From Nitrospira sp. (GTDB lineage: Bacteria > Nitrospirota > Nitrospiria > Nitrospirales > Nitrospiraceae), in NCBI GenBank assembly GCA_035455145.1, contig DATIFR010000134.1, positions 16,845-80,844 of the forward strand: a stretch of 64,000 nt of DNA. Direction: 5' to 3'. The position numbers and the translations under genes were made by a program. Under the pieces are notes generated by a model. The model searched no databases. It was not told the origin of the DNA and saw nothing but the letters and a program-made list of their open reading frames with translations. Every line of letters starts with the position of its first letter. Position 1 is the stretch's first letter. Of this stretch, positions 1-11,500 are shown one piece after another.

Positions 1-540
1 ATAGTCCGGGCGGCAGTGGAGACCATTGCTGAGAGTACGGCGGATGGTGTGATTGCACCGCTTGTGTATCTGACGCTCGGAGGTGCGCCGCTGGCTTTGG
101 CCTATAAAGCGATCAACACGTTAGATTCGATGATCGGACATCGGGACGAGCGCTATGTGGATTTTGGCTGGGCTTCCGCTCGTCTCGATGATCTTGCCAA
201 TTGGATTCCTGCCCGACTCACTGCGGGCTTTATGGTGATCACCGCTGGATTGGCTACGGGGCAATGGGAGCGGACGATCGAGAGCTGGAGAATTCTTCTC
301 AGAGATGGGGCCAAGCATCCGAGTCCGAACAGCGGGAGGCCGGAAGCAGCGATGGCGGGTGCATTGGACGTTCAACTCGGCGGAACAAATTACTATGACG
401 GGCTCCTGCACGAGCACCCTGTCATGGGTGATGGTACGAGAATGCTCACGCCAGGCCATATCAGGTATGCCTTGCGGATTATGACGATGACGACTCTGCT
501 GGGTCTCGGCTTGGCGGTGGTGTCTTTGTGGCTCGCATGA
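1..540 (+). CDS. cbiB: Adenosylcobinamide-phosphate synthase CbiB (Pfam CobD_Cbib family), 5'-truncated by the window edge
   Basis: The frame is open from base 1. Motifs AESTADGVIAPL, YKAINTLDSMIG, ARLDDLANWIPARL and HPSPNSG..EAAMAGAL are typical. Stop overlaps the next ATG (ATGA). Confidence 0.93.
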   Translation: MVRAAVETIAESTADGVIAPLVYLTLGGAPLALAYKAINTLDSMIGHRDERYVDFGWASARLDDLANWIPARLTAGFMVITAGLATGQWERTIESWRILLRDGAKHPSPNSGRPEAAMAGALDVQLGGTNYYDGLLHEHPVMGDGTRMLTPGHIRYALRIMTMTTLLGLGLAVVSLWLA

Positions 541-1634
541 AGGCCAATGGTCATGGTGGCGATGTGTATTTTGCCTCGCGTGAACTGGGTCGTGATGTCG
601 AAAGGCTGATCGATTTTAGCGCCAGCATCAATCCGCTTGGACCCTCATCGCAAGTCTGGAAGGCGCTGTCCAAAGCTCGTATAGCGTTGCAGCATTATCC
701 GGACCCAGCCTGCAGGGATCTTCGTCAGGTTCTGGCAATGCGGTGGCACTGTTCGCCTGAGGAGATTGTCGTCGGCAACGGATCGACAGAGTTGATTCAT
801 GTGCTGCCATCGGCACTTGATATTCGGAACCTCCTGATCGTCGGTCCGACTTTTTCCGAATATGCCTCGGCCATGTCGCTGGTGGGTGGACGGGTCACGA
901 CGATATGTGCCGAGAGACACCAGGGCTATCGCCCGCCGCTTGAGGGAGTCGTGGCTCTGCTAAGCCGGAGAAAGCGTACATATCGTGATATTGGAGCTGT
1001 CCTCTTGTGTAATCCCAATAGCCCGACCGGACAGGCCTGTGACGCCGAGTCCGTTCTAGACCTGGCTCGCCTTGCGCAGCGAAGGGGCCTATGGCTGGTC
1101 GTGGACGAGACTTTTGCCGATTATTGCGAAGAGCGATCGATCCTTCCCAAGCGATCGCTCTTCTCGCGGGTCGTGGTCTTGCGCAGCTTCACGAAATTTT
1201 ACGGATTGCCGGGTTTGCGAGTTGGCTATGCGGTCGCAGCCCCAGCCGTGGTCGAGAGACTGCGGTCGCGCATGCCTCCCTGGTCTGTGAATGCCATGGG
1301 CCAGGTTGCGGCGGTGGCGGCTCTCAACGATGCAGCCTATGTTGGGAGGAGTCTCTCCTTCATGCGGAATGAACGCGCCAGGTTTATTGCAAGACTAGCC
1401 CGATTGCCGGGATGCAACGTGTTTCCGAGTCAGGCGAATTTCGTGCTTGTGGAGTTGCCGCACCGGTGGGGCGCCAGTGCAGTGGCGGAAAAGCTTCGAC
1501 CAGAAGGGCTGTTGATTCGCGACTGCTCCTCCGTGTCAGGCCTGAACACACATTCCATCAGAGTCGCAGTGCGAACGAGGCGAGAGAATGATCGCTTGGT
1601 GACGGCACTGTCCAAGTTGTTGGTTCATCGGTGA
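537..1634 (+). CDS. cobD: L-threonine-O-3-phosphate decarboxylase (PLP-dependent)
   Basis: HGGD N-terminus, DFSASINPLG, CNPNSPTG, VDETF, RSFTKFYGLPGLRVGY (PLP lysine); cob context. Confidence 0.9.
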   Translation: MKANGHGGDVYFASRELGRDVERLIDFSASINPLGPSSQVWKALSKARIALQHYPDPACRDLRQVLAMRWHCSPEEIVVGNGSTELIHVLPSALDIRNLLIVGPTFSEYASAMSLVGGRVTTICAERHQGYRPPLEGVVALLSRRKRTYRDIGAVLLCNPNSPTGQACDAESVLDLARLAQRRGLWLVVDETFADYCEERSILPKRSLFSRVVVLRSFTKFYGLPGLRVGYAVAAPAVVERLRSRMPPWSVNAMGQVAAVAALNDAAYVGRSLSFMRNERARFIARLARLPGCNVFPSQANFVLVELPHRWGASAVAEKLRPEGLLIRDCSSVSGLNTHSIRVAVRTRRENDRLVTALSKLLVHR

Positions 1635-1638
1635 CCAT

Positions 1639-2385
1639 ATGAGCCCACGCAGCAAGGCGCGCCTTCGCACTCGCTATCGAGTCGTCGAGAAGACACTGGT
1701 GATCGATCTCGGTGGCTTTAAACGGGTACTGTCTTCAGCTTCGCAAGGAGGGGGATTTCAGTCGGCTCGGTACATTCTGAATCATCAAGTCGAAGCTCAT
1801 CCGGTTTCAAGGGCCCATGCTCGATCGAAGCGGTTGATCGACCCGGCGCGGTACATGCGTCGGCTCGCCATGACGCTTGGTGTCGGGGAGAAGCCGATTG
1901 GTCTCATGACTGCAGTTCCGATGAAACAGCTGGTGACTTCATGTAAACGCTTCGGTGACACCTGGGTCGAATGTTTTGCAACAGTCGGGGTGACGAATGC
2001 CGTACGGGCAGGGGAATGGCCTGAGAGAGAGAACGGAGGAAAGCAAGGCACTGATGCCGGAACGATTAATCTGGTGTTGGTCACGAATGCCTGCTTGTCT
2101 GGTGCGGCGTTAGTGGGGGCGGTCCAAGTTGTGACCGAGAGCAAGACTGGAGTCTTGCGAGACCATGCAGTGCCAAGTTGGACTGGGGAATCGGGTGCAA
2201 CCGGGACGGGGACCGATGTGGTTGTGATCGCGTGTGGGCTGCGTGGGCAGGGGCCATGGCATCGCTATAGTGGTACTCATACAATCATCGGAGCCATGAT
2301 CGGGCGAGTGGTCTCTGATTGTGTGAGGCGGGGACTAGCTCGGGAACAACGATGGCGAAGATCTCAAGGATCACTTAAGAAATGA
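1639..2385 (+). CDS. cbiZ: Adenosylcobinamide amidohydrolase CbiZ family
   Basis: GLMTAV, TVGVTNA, GTINL and ATGTGTD motifs; lies between cobD and cobQ. Confidence 0.85.
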   Translation: MSPRSKARLRTRYRVVEKTLVIDLGGFKRVLSSASQGGGFQSARYILNHQVEAHPVSRAHARSKRLIDPARYMRRLAMTLGVGEKPIGLMTAVPMKQLVTSCKRFGDTWVECFATVGVTNAVRAGEWPERENGGKQGTDAGTINLVLVTNACLSGAALVGAVQVVTESKTGVLRDHAVPSWTGESGATGTGTDVVVIACGLRGQGPWHRYSGTHTIIGAMIGRVVSDCVRRGLAREQRWRRSQGSLKK

Positions 2386-3911
2386 AGGCTCAAGCTGTTG
2401 CGATACTTGGAACAGGATCAGATGTCGGAAAGAGCCTGATGGTCGCTGGTCTATGCCGCCTGCTTTATCGAGGTGGTGTACGTGTCGCGCCTTTTAAGGC
2501 ACAAAACATGTCGAACAATTCGTTTGTGACGCCCGACGGAAAAGAAATCGGGCGTGCCCAGGCATTGCAAGCCCACGCTTGCGGTCTCGACGCTCACGTG
2601 GACATGAATCCGATCCTCTTGAAGCCGGAGTCGGATCGGCGTGCCCAAGTGGTGGTGCAGGGGAAGGTGTGGAGCACGTCAGACGCGCAAGATTATTTTC
2701 ATCAGCACAACGAACTGGCCCAACGTGTACGCGAAAGCTATGATCGCCTGGCGGCGCAATATTCCGTGATTGTGATCGAAGGGGCAGGGAGTGCGGCGGA
2801 AATGAATCTCCGTGATCGCGATCTGGCGAACTGGTTTTCGGTCGAACTGGCCGACGCGAAGGTCCTGTTGGTGGCTGACATCGATCGCGGTGGAGTCTTT
2901 GCGCAAGTGATCGGCACGCTGGATCTGCTCTCGCCGCACGAACGGGACCGAGTCTTCGGCATCGTGATCAATAAGTTTCGCGGCGATGCCGCGCTATTTG
3001 CCGATGGGGTCTCCTTCATCGAACAGCGTACCGGGCTGCCTGTCCTGGGGGTGGTGCCGTTTCTGCGCGGTGTGGTCTTGGAACAGGAAGACAGTCTTGA
3101 TATCGAGCGTCGCCGGCACAGACGATTTGCCGCCGATCGCGTGAATATCGGCGTCGTCCTGTTGCCACGTATGAGCAACTTTACGGATTTTGATCCATTG
3201 GCAGCAGAACAGGATGTCATCCTGCGCTATGTCGCCGAACCGCACGAGCTGGCCGGGGCTGATGTCATTCTGATTCCTGGTACCAAAAATACGATCGAGG
3301 ATCTTCGGTATCTTCGGCAGGCCGGCTTCACCGATACACTTCGCGAGCATGTGGCTCAGCGGCGGGAGGTGGTCGGGATTTGTGGAGGGTACCAAATGTT
3401 AGGGCGTAGCATTGCAGATCCCGAAGGAGTTGAGGCTGGCGGGATAGCCGCAGGGATGGGATTTCTGGATGTGACGACCAGACTCCTGAAGAAGAAAATA
3501 ACTCTGCGGATCGAGGCAGCGTCACTTCACCTCAATGACGGGCCAGCTCCTTCTGTTCGAGGTTATTTCATCCACATGGGTGAAACGGAACGCGGGCAGG
3601 AATCCGCCTGTTTTCATATACAGTCTGTGATGGGTGTTTCGGATCACCAGGAGCGAACATTAGGAGATTTGATGGAAGGTGCTGTAAGTGCAGACGGACT
3701 GGTCTGGGGGACGTACATTCACGGAATATTCGATCGGCCTGCCTTTCGCCGTACTTGGCTGAATCGCGTTCGTCAGCGTCGAGGCTTGCCTCCTCTGAGC
3801 GTCGAACAATCCGAAGGAGTTACTCAACGGCTCCTTGCAGAACTCGATCGTTGGGCTGACCACCTCGAACAGCATGTGAACGTGAGTCTCATCTTTAAGG
3901 CCATGGATTAG
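2382..3911 (+). CDS. cobQ: Cobyric acid synthase
   Basis: GTGSDVGKS, PFKAQNMSNNS, EIGRAQ, MNPILLKP, EGAGS, DIDRGG, SNFTDF, GICGGYQMLG, GTYIHG. Confidence 0.96.
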   Translation: MKAQAVAILGTGSDVGKSLMVAGLCRLLYRGGVRVAPFKAQNMSNNSFVTPDGKEIGRAQALQAHACGLDAHVDMNPILLKPESDRRAQVVVQGKVWSTSDAQDYFHQHNELAQRVRESYDRLAAQYSVIVIEGAGSAAEMNLRDRDLANWFSVELADAKVLLVADIDRGGVFAQVIGTLDLLSPHERDRVFGIVINKFRGDAALFADGVSFIEQRTGLPVLGVVPFLRGVVLEQEDSLDIERRRHRRFAADRVNIGVVLLPRMSNFTDFDPLAAEQDVILRYVAEPHELAGADVILIPGTKNTIEDLRYLRQAGFTDTLREHVAQRREVVGICGGYQMLGRSIADPEGVEAGGIAAGMGFLDVTTRLLKKKITLRIEAASLHLNDGPAPSVRGYFIHMGETERGQESACFHIQSVMGVSDHQERTLGDLMEGAVSADGLVWGTYIHGIFDRPAFRRTWLNRVRQRRGLPPLSVEQSEGVTQRLLAELDRWADHLEQHVNVSLIFKAMD

Positions 3912-3954
3912 TTGATGCCCACAGCGATTTCTATTGAGTTGGGCGTTGACAGTG

Positions 3955-3991
3955 AAAGAGGCGCTGCGATGCGACTCTGCGGCGCCTCTTT
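3955..3991 (+). terminator. Probable intrinsic terminator after cobQ
   Basis: Perfect 10-bp inverted repeat AAAGAGGCGC / GCGCCTCTTT, 44 bp after the cobQ stop; only a short T tract. Confidence 0.7.
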
Positions 3992-4832
3992 ATGCGGCGC
4001 AATGAATGCTAGAAAATTCCTCATTTATTTTTGACGTTCACCGAGGATTACCGCCAGGCGATTCAACGTAGCATCCTCCTCCCTGAGTTGCCGCAATTCT
4101 CAGAGTTGGCTGAGAACGATCCCCGTATACTTCCGTTTTCAACATAGAACGTCTCATCGCTGATATCGACCTGCCGATGGGCGTCCACCACGGTCGCCCC
4201 GCCCTCCGACTGCCGCATGGCAGCGAGAACCCGTTCCTCGGTATGTTCACCTTATCGTGCCGTCGTCTGCTCCTCTTTCTTGGTGAATAAGAGGACGCCG
4301 CTGCCTTTCCTTTCGGTTTTTGGGTCGCATCGAAATGAGGAGTAGGCTTTCTTCACTACATCATGAACGAGAATCGCCGCTGGTGACACTTCGGTAGCAC
4401 GTTTCGAGGGAAGCGTTGCCGTCATGGAGTCGAATGAATGTTGTCGGCTACAGAAACATGGAGAAGGTGGTGTGCGGTGGGGAATTCAAACAGAAAACGG
4501 AATGAAAAGGCTGTTGGTCAATTTTTGTCCAAACGCCATCATTTTGTCGCAACTTGAACAATCCTGTGCCGAAGTGTGGCGAATGGTACTGCACAAGAGA
4601 ATGCTTAACTGCCTGATACAAAATGAATTTCCGCCTTGGTTTTCCGAAAAAGGAAAACCCAGCGTCGTTGAGCACGGGCTTTGCAGATTGGCCGGTTGCC
4701 TTACGTGGTCATGAGCGGGTGAATAATCAGGGATCACGCCGGTTTTGCAATAAAACCGATATTGCTAGGCGATTCTGCCAGAGAGTGGGAAAAGAGACGA
4801 TGAATCGGGAGTAAAAGCATCTAATAAGGAGG

Positions 4833-5570
4833 ATGGGTATGAACGCGACACGGTTAAGCTGGCGGATCTTGAGCGGGGTGGCAGCCCTGGCGCTCAGTGC
4901 AACCCCGGTTTTTGCTGGGAACGAAGCCGAAGTAGCGGAGCATTTGATCGATCTGGTGAAGATCGGCCGTGGCGTTATGTCCGAACAAATGGGCAATATC
5001 AATGACGCCTCGAAAGCCGACAAAGGCTTTACCGGCGACTATGTCGCGGGGCAAGTCATCGAGCGATTCAAGAAGAAAACCAAGATCGACTTACGGATTC
5101 CCAACGTCGTCCCCCAGGCAGGCCTCTATCTCGCATTGGTCGAAGCGGAAAAGGAAGTGGTCGACGAAGCCCAGCCGATCATTAATAGGCCTGGTATCGG
5201 ATTCAAGGGTTTTATCCCCGCCGTCTTTGCTCGTAAAACCGGAGAACATTTCTACAAGAAGTCGGGTGTCAGGTTGAAACTCACGGGAATCGACTATCGC
5301 AATATCAACAACCGGCCTGACGATTTCGAGGCGGAAGTGTTGCGGATGTTCAGTGATTCCCGCCATCCCAAGGGGCAGTCCTATGTGCGCAATACGATGG
5401 TCGACGGCAAGCCGGTGCTGCGTATGATGGATCCGGAATATGCCGCGGCATCTTGCTTGGCCTGTCATGGTACGCCAAAGGGGGGAAAGGACATCACGGG
5501 CGGCCACAAGGAGGGATGGAAAGAAGGGGATTTGGCTGGAGCGATCAGCGTGGTGCTTCCGCTCAAGTAA
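4833..5570 (+). CDS. Exported c-type monoheme protein, DUF3365/Tll0287-like
   Basis: Signal peptide ending VFA; RNxNNxPDxFE motif, CLACH heme motif, GxKEGDLAGAISV C-terminus. Confidence 0.8.
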   Translation: MGMNATRLSWRILSGVAALALSATPVFAGNEAEVAEHLIDLVKIGRGVMSEQMGNINDASKADKGFTGDYVAGQVIERFKKKTKIDLRIPNVVPQAGLYLALVEAEKEVVDEAQPIINRPGIGFKGFIPAVFARKTGEHFYKKSGVRLKLTGIDYRNINNRPDDFEAEVLRMFSDSRHPKGQSYVRNTMVDGKPVLRMMDPEYAAASCLACHGTPKGGKDITGGHKEGWKEGDLAGAISVVLPLK

Positions 5571-5633
5571 ACAATCGGAATCAGAACTCTTAAGCAGCCA
5601 GAGGTATCAACCCAGAACCAAGGAGAAGCAACG

Positions 5634-5996
5634 ATGAGCAAGATTGTGGTCGTAGACGATTCCTATGCCGAACTCCAAGTGATTGAAGGTGTGCTGAAGG
5701 GCGCGAGCCATACTGTGGTGTCGTTTCCGAATACTGAGAAGCTCGAAGAAAAGGTTGTCAGCGAAAAGCCCGACTTGATCGTCCTTGACGTCGTCATGCC
5801 TGGCCGCAACGGGTTCCAGGCTTGTCGAGACCTCAAGAACGACGATCGGACGAAGAGCATTCCCATTATTCTCTGTACATCGAAGGGGAACGAAAGCGAC
5901 AAGTTTTGGGGCCAACAGCAGGGTGCCAACGCCCATATCGTCAAGCCGTTCAAGGGCGAGGAACTATTGGCAGCCGTTAAGCGGGTGCTGGGGTAA
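5634..5996 (+). CDS. Single-domain response regulator, PilH-like
   Basis: VVDD, LDVVMPGRNGFQACR, KGNESDKFWGQQQGA, KPF; the DKxWG motif is typical of PilH/PixH. Confidence 0.88.
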   Translation: MSKIVVVDDSYAELQVIEGVLKGASHTVVSFPNTEKLEEKVVSEKPDLIVLDVVMPGRNGFQACRDLKNDDRTKSIPIILCTSKGNESDKFWGQQQGANAHIVKPFKGEELLAAVKRVLG

Positions 5997-6001
5997 CGGT
6001 C

Positions 6002-6526
6002 ATGGCTGCTGCACAGAGCTCCACATCGGTCATGCCGAGCGTATCTGGCACCGTGGTCCCTTCCCCGGGGGGCGGCACTGTGCAAGCAACGGGCGCAGCT
6101 ACCGTGCGGGCTGCGATCGTATCTTTGGGAGGCGAACTCTTTACCATTGATTTGCAAAACGTACGCGAAGTCTTTGTGGTGGAATCCATTACTCCGGTGC
6201 CAGGCATGCCGTCCGGCTTGGTCGGTGTAACAAACTTGCGGGGCTCTGTGGTTCCGCTGCTCGATCTACGACAAATGATCGGCCTCGCTGCCGAGACCAC
6301 GCTTAAGTATGCCGTTGTCGTGAAGCATGGCAACTGGCAAGTCGGTGTCTTGGTGGATACGGTTCCAGAAATTCGCACTCTGACGAAGGATCAGTTCATC
6401 CCAGCTCCGACCGGAACAGGGGATGGGGGAAATCCCTTCGTGTCGACGGTCGTGAAGTTGGAGGACAGGCTACGTGGAGTTCTGGAAACCTCGGTCGTCC
6501 TTTCCCATTTTGAAGGTACAGGATAG
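6002..6526 (+). CDS. cheW: CheW-family scaffold (PilI-like)
   Basis: ITPVPGMP..LVGVTNLRGSVVPLLDL, VGVLVD. Confidence 0.9.
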   Translation: MAAAQSSTSVMPSVSGTVVPSPGGGTVQATGAATVRAAIVSLGGELFTIDLQNVREVFVVESITPVPGMPSGLVGVTNLRGSVVPLLDLRQMIGLAAETTLKYAVVVKHGNWQVGVLVDTVPEIRTLTKDQFIPAPTGTGDGGNPFVSTVVKLEDRLRGVLETSVVLSHFEGTG

Positions 6527-6598
6527 ACAGGAGATCGCAATCACCGGACACCCTACTTACGGGTCGATCGCATCGCTAGCGAGAAGGAGGAGGTTCCC

Positions 6599-8473
6599 AT
6601 GCTGAGGCTCAATGTACTTCAACGGTTCGAAAACCTAAAAACACAGGCGAAACTGCTGACGGTGTTCGCCCTGGTCGGCGTCATTATCGCGGCCATGGCC
6701 GGTGTGGGCATTGTCACGAACAGCCGCCTGGCTGCACAGGCCGAAACCGTGTATGTCGACTACACGGTGCCTCTGACCGAATTCAACACGCTCCTGTTCA
6801 ACGTCAACCGCTTTCACGAAGCCTTGATTGACGTGGCCAGAACGACGCGCGCTTCGGACTTCGAAATCGAAGTGAAAGACCTTGCGCCATACCGTGGTGA
6901 GGTCGAACGGTTAATTGCTAATTATGAAGCGACGACCTTGCGCATATCAAGCACGGGACGAGATGAAGCAAAAGATCTTGCCGAACTCAAGGATGCCATC
7001 AAAAAGTTCTTCGACCAGGGCGAAGCCGCGGTCAATACGATTAAGGATAGCTATGAAAGTAAGTCGTTGACGGCATCCCAGGCCCTCGCCATGCGGGATC
7101 TAGGCCAACTCGCCATTACGGTAAGTTTGTCTCCCGCCTATGAGAAGGTGACGGAGCGCCACGCAGAATCGATTAAGACGATGGCCGAAGTTGCGAAGGA
7201 TCTTTCCGAGCAGTCGAGATCGATGGCGGCAAACGCCACATTGATTCTGATCGGAGGCGGTATCGCCGCCGTGCTTTTAGGGTTGGCGCTCGGTTACTGG
7301 GTCGCGCACAAGCTGTCGCTGGGTATCGGACAAGTCGCCAGCGTCGCGCAGCAAGCGGCGGCCGGCAACTACCAAGCCCGAGCCAAGATTACGTCGAAAG
7401 ACGAGCTCGGTCAGATGGCCAGTTCGTTCAATACCATGTTAGACCGCATTACAGCCCTGGTAACGTCAGAGGGCGAACGCGACGAAATGCAAAAACGGTT
7501 GATGAACTTTCTCGTGCTGGTGTCTGACGTCGGTAAGGGAGACCTGACGAAGCGCGGAGAAGTGACTGCCGACATGTTCGGAAACCTGGCGGACGGGTTC
7601 AACCTCATGATCGCCAGGTTCGGGCAGTTGCTCAAGCAGGTCCGTGAGGCGGCCGAACGCGTCAACAAATCTGCCGGTACGCTGCGAGACAGCGCTGGTC
7701 AGATGGCTGGAACCGCCAAGCACCAAGCGGACGAGTCAGTTAAGACGTTGAGCGCGGTCGAACAGCTGGCCGCTCAAATGCGTAAGGTCGCCGAAACAGC
7801 CGGTGCTTCTTCGGAATCAGCCAAACAGGTGTTGCAAGCAACGGAGCGCGGTCGTGTCGCAGTGCAAGAAACCGTGCAGGACATGCAGAGCATCCGTTCT
7901 GCGGTGCAACGCATGTCGAAGCAGGTGAAGGCGCTCGGTGATCGATCACTGGAAATTTCTCAAATCGTATCGACCATTCGTGATATCGCGAACCAGACCA
8001 ACCTGCTCGCGCTGAACGCCGCCATCGAGGCGGCCGGCGCAGGTGAGGCAGGCGCCCGGTTCGCGGTCGTCGCCGACCAGGTCAGAAAGCTGGCCGAAAG
8101 CTCGACGCAGGCGACGCGTGAAATTGCCGAACTCGTGAAGGTGATTCAGACTGAGACGCAGGATGCCGTGGTCGCGATGGAACAGGAAACGCAGGCGGTG
8201 GAAGCGGGATCAGCTTCCGCGCTGCGTACCGGTGAAGTGTTCAACGAAATTTCAGGCATCGCGCAACGGTCAGCCGAATTGGCACAAACCATCGCCAGTT
8301 CCGCGGCCACGCAGACGGCTTCGACGGACCAGGTCGGTCGCTCGATTAAGGACTTCACGGGCGGTGCCGTGGCGACGCAGAAAGCCACTGATGCCGCACG
8401 CATGACCGTCGAAGACATGGCCAAGCTCGCCGATGGTCTGACGGCCTCGGTTGCACAGTTCAAACTGGCCTAA
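6599..8473 (+). CDS. Methyl-accepting chemotaxis protein (PilJ-like): TM, periplasmic four-helix sensor, TM, HAMP, signalling domain
   Basis: Two hydrophobic segments, HAMP ([11 protein letters not shown]), hairpin-tip motif [37 protein letters not shown]. Confidence 0.93.
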   Translation: MLRLNVLQRFENLKTQAKLLTVFALVGVIIAAMAGVGIVTNSRLAAQAETVYVDYTVPLTEFNTLLFNVNRFHEALIDVARTTRASDFEIEVKDLAPYRGEVERLIANYEATTLRISSTGRDEAKDLAELKDAIKKFFDQGEAAVNTIKDSYESKSLTASQALAMRDLGQLAITVSLSPAYEKVTERHAESIKTMAEVAKDLSEQSRSMAANATLILIGGGIAAVLLGLALGYWVAHKLSLGIGQVASVAQQAAAGNYQARAKITSKDELGQMASSFNTMLDRITALVTSEGERDEMQKRLMNFLVLVSDVGKGDLTKRGEVTADMFGNLADGFNLMIARFGQLLKQVREAAERVNKSAGTLRDSAGQMAGTAKHQADESVKTLSAVEQLAAQMRKVAETAGASSESAKQVLQATERGRVAVQETVQDMQSIRSAVQRMSKQVKALGDRSLEISQIVSTIRDIANQTNLLALNAAIEAAGAGEAGARFAVVADQVRKLAESSTQATREIAELVKVIQTETQDAVVAMEQETQAVEAGSASALRTGEVFNEISGIAQRSAELAQTIASSAATQTASTDQVGRSIKDFTGGAVATQKATDAARMTVEDMAKLADGLTASVAQFKLA

Positions 8474-8481
8474 GGTCTGGT

Positions 8482-8512
8482 ACCCGGGGGTGTCGCAGCG
8501 ACGCCCCCGGGT
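8482..8512 (+). other. Strong intercistronic hairpin without U-tract
   Basis: ACCCGGGGG-TGTCG-cag-CGACG-CCCCCGGGT forms a 14-bp stem between the MCP stop and the cheA RBS. Confidence 0.65.
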
Positions 8513-8526
8513 GAGAAAGGATAGGG

Positions 8527-11500
8527 ATGAGCTCCGAACTGGACCGGCAGGGCCTTCTCGATATCTTTGTGACTGAAGCCGTGGAAGCCTTGGCCGTGCT
8601 TGCGGCAGCGGTCAATCCTGCCGGCGAAGCATTGCCGAGCGCACAAGAGCTCCAGAACCAATATGTGTGGGCGCACAAAGTGCGTGGTGCCGCCGGAATC
8701 TATGGGTTTTCCGGCCTATCGCTATTGGGAGAGCTGCTCGAAACCGCGCTGGAGAATTCCACGACGATCGATCCGGCGTTGTGGCCGAAGACAGTTGGTG
8801 CATTGCGCGGGATGGTCGAGGCGTTTCAAGCTCAACTCGAGATCGTCAGGCAAGGCGGTCAGGAAGATCCCACTGTCGGTGAACGGTGGAAAGCGGAGAT
8901 GGCGGCGCTTCTGCCAGCCTCGCCCGATACATTGTCTACGGAAGGAGCTACTTCCGACCAGCTTCCTCCAGAGTATTTGGTTCCCACCATTGACGCTGAA
9001 GTCCTGTCGTATTTTTCTCCGGAAGCCGACGAATATCTGCAAACGTTGGAATTGTTGACCAATCGACTCCGAGAGAATCCCGGCGATGCAGAAACGATTC
9101 AGTCCCTTTATCGGACCGCCCATACGTTGAAGGGTTCGGCGCATACGATCGGGTTCAAGGTGATCGGGGATATCGCTCATCCTGTCGAGGCCTGCATGAT
9201 CGCGGTGCGAGACGGGCAAATTCCTGTTTCCACTGCTCTCTTAACGACCATCGGCGAGGCTGTGAACGTAGTTCGGTTGCTGATGCGCCGGGACGATAGC
9301 AAACTCGATCAGCTTCAACAGGATGTGTCGGGGGTTACGCAGACACTGCATCAGATATGCAACGGGGAGCCGGTTGGCGCACCGCCCCCCTCGTCTCCGG
9401 CCATGGCACAAGACAACTCGGCTCCACAGGTCGCGACGGCCGTCTTGGAGCCGCCTGCCGATTCAACTGAGACGAGCGAGGGCTCAACGTCATCTTCTTC
9501 ACCTCTGCAACTGACTGATGAATACCTAATGCCGAAACTGGATCCGGAGGTACTGTCCTATTTCGCACCGGAAGCTCATGAGTATTTGGAGTCGTTGGAG
9601 GCCCAATTGCTCCGGCTGGAGAAAGAATCGGAGAATTCGGAACTCATCAATCAGCTCTTCCGCACCGCTCATACACTCAAGGGGTCGGCTTATACGGTCG
9701 GTTTTCAGGCAATTGGCGACATGACCCATTACGTGGAAGACTTCATGGGAGCAGTGCGCGACGGCCGTGTCAAAGTTCTGTCGGGCCACACTGATGTCTT
9801 GCTTCGGTCGGTAGACGTGGTGCGTCTGCTTATGCGTCGCGACCCGACCTTGATGGGAACATTACGGCAGCGGTTTGTCACCGCCATGCAGGGGCTCAAG
9901 CAACTGGAGCAGCCAGCGGCGGTCGAAACGGTGACCAAGGCGGCAGTCGCTCAGCCGGCCCCAGCGCCGGTCGTCAACGAAGCACCCGACCAGCCGGAAG
10001 CTGATCAGGCGAAAGCTGGCGATGCCAGGGCCAAAGATGCGAGCGGCGAGGATCGTGAAGTCATCCGTGTCAGCCGGGATCGATTGGAACGGCTGCTGAA
10101 TCTCGTCGGCGAATTGGTCATCGGCCGCGGACGGCTTGAACAGCGGTTGCAAGTATTGGAGCAGCTCTCGCAGCAGGTGTTGGCGTGCAAGGGCCGATTG
10201 ATGGATTCGGTGCGGTCTTTCGAGGAGAAACACACCTTCACGCTTCCTTCGTCCGGAGCCAACTCCGCGGATGGAGCGAAGTCTGGTTCGGTAGTCGGAG
10301 CGGCTGGGTTCACGGGATTAAGTGATTTCGGAAGCTTGGAGTTCGACAAGTACGACGACTTTAATATTCTTGCACGGCGAATCAGCGAAGTCACGGCCGA
10401 CATTTCCGAATCGATGACCCAGTTAAGCGGATCGATTCGCCGTTCGCATGAGGACATGAGCCAATTGCAGCAATTGACTCTCGGTATGCGGGACGAGATT
10501 GCCCGCGCACGAATGGTACCGGTCGGCACACCCTTTACGCGATTCCGGCGGGCGACACGAGAGATGGCCCGGACGACGGGCAAAGAGGTGACGCTGGTGA
10601 CGTCCGGTGAACATACGGAAGTCGATACCGGAGTCGTGGAGCGCTTGGTCGATCCCTTGGTACACCTGGTTCGCAATGCGGTCTATCATGGTATCGAGCC
10701 AGCTGCCTTGCGGGTTTCAAAAGGTAAGCCGGCCGCCGGGACGATCTATCTCCATGCCTCGCATCGTGGTAACGCCGTGCTGATCGAAGTTGAAGACGAC
10801 GGGGCCGGTCTGGACATCGACAAGATCAGGGCGAAGGCCGTCGAGCGCGGTCTTGTTAGAGCCGAGGTAGCGAAGAATCTTCCGGAAGCTGAAGTGATTA
10901 AGTTCATTTTCATGCCGGGTTTTTCGACTGCTGAGCAAATCGGTGATCAAGCAGGCCGGGGCGTCGGCATGGATGTCGTCAAACGCGTCATCGAAAGCAT
11001 GAACGGACACATCGACGTGGAATCCATCCGCGGCGTCGGGACCAAATTCACTCTCCACCTCCCGTTGACTCTGCTGATTGCGACGGCGTTAATGGTTCGG
11101 TCCGGCGGCGAGCGGTACGGGATTCCGCTGCCCAGCGTACGGGAAGTGACCATGCTCACAACCGGTTCATTCCAGCAAATGGGCGAACGGTCGATGATTC
11201 AGATCGGGGATGAAGCGATCGATGTCCTGCCGTTGCAACAACTGCTATCCAGGGGCAGCGCCAGCCGGGTCGAAATCGGGAACCCCGTCGTCATCGTGCG
11301 CACCGGCGTAGGACCGGTCGGCCTTGCGGTCGATGAGCTGCTCGGTCGCCAAGAAATCGTCATTAAGCCGATCGGATCGCTCAAGTCGCTGCAGCGTTCG
11401 TGCTTCGGCGGTGCCACCATCGATCCAGAAGGCCGGGTGGTGCTCGTTCTCGATCCTGCGCGATTGCTGTCGGGGAGCGAGAAAACCGCGGGGTCGTTGG

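Noticed and set aside
3912-4832. Cobalamin riboswitch or real genes (4038-4250, 4424-4714) in the long gap after cobQ
   Set aside because: No B12-box or other riboswitch core was recognisable, and the position is downstream of the operon. The ORFs lack motifs and convincing RBSs.
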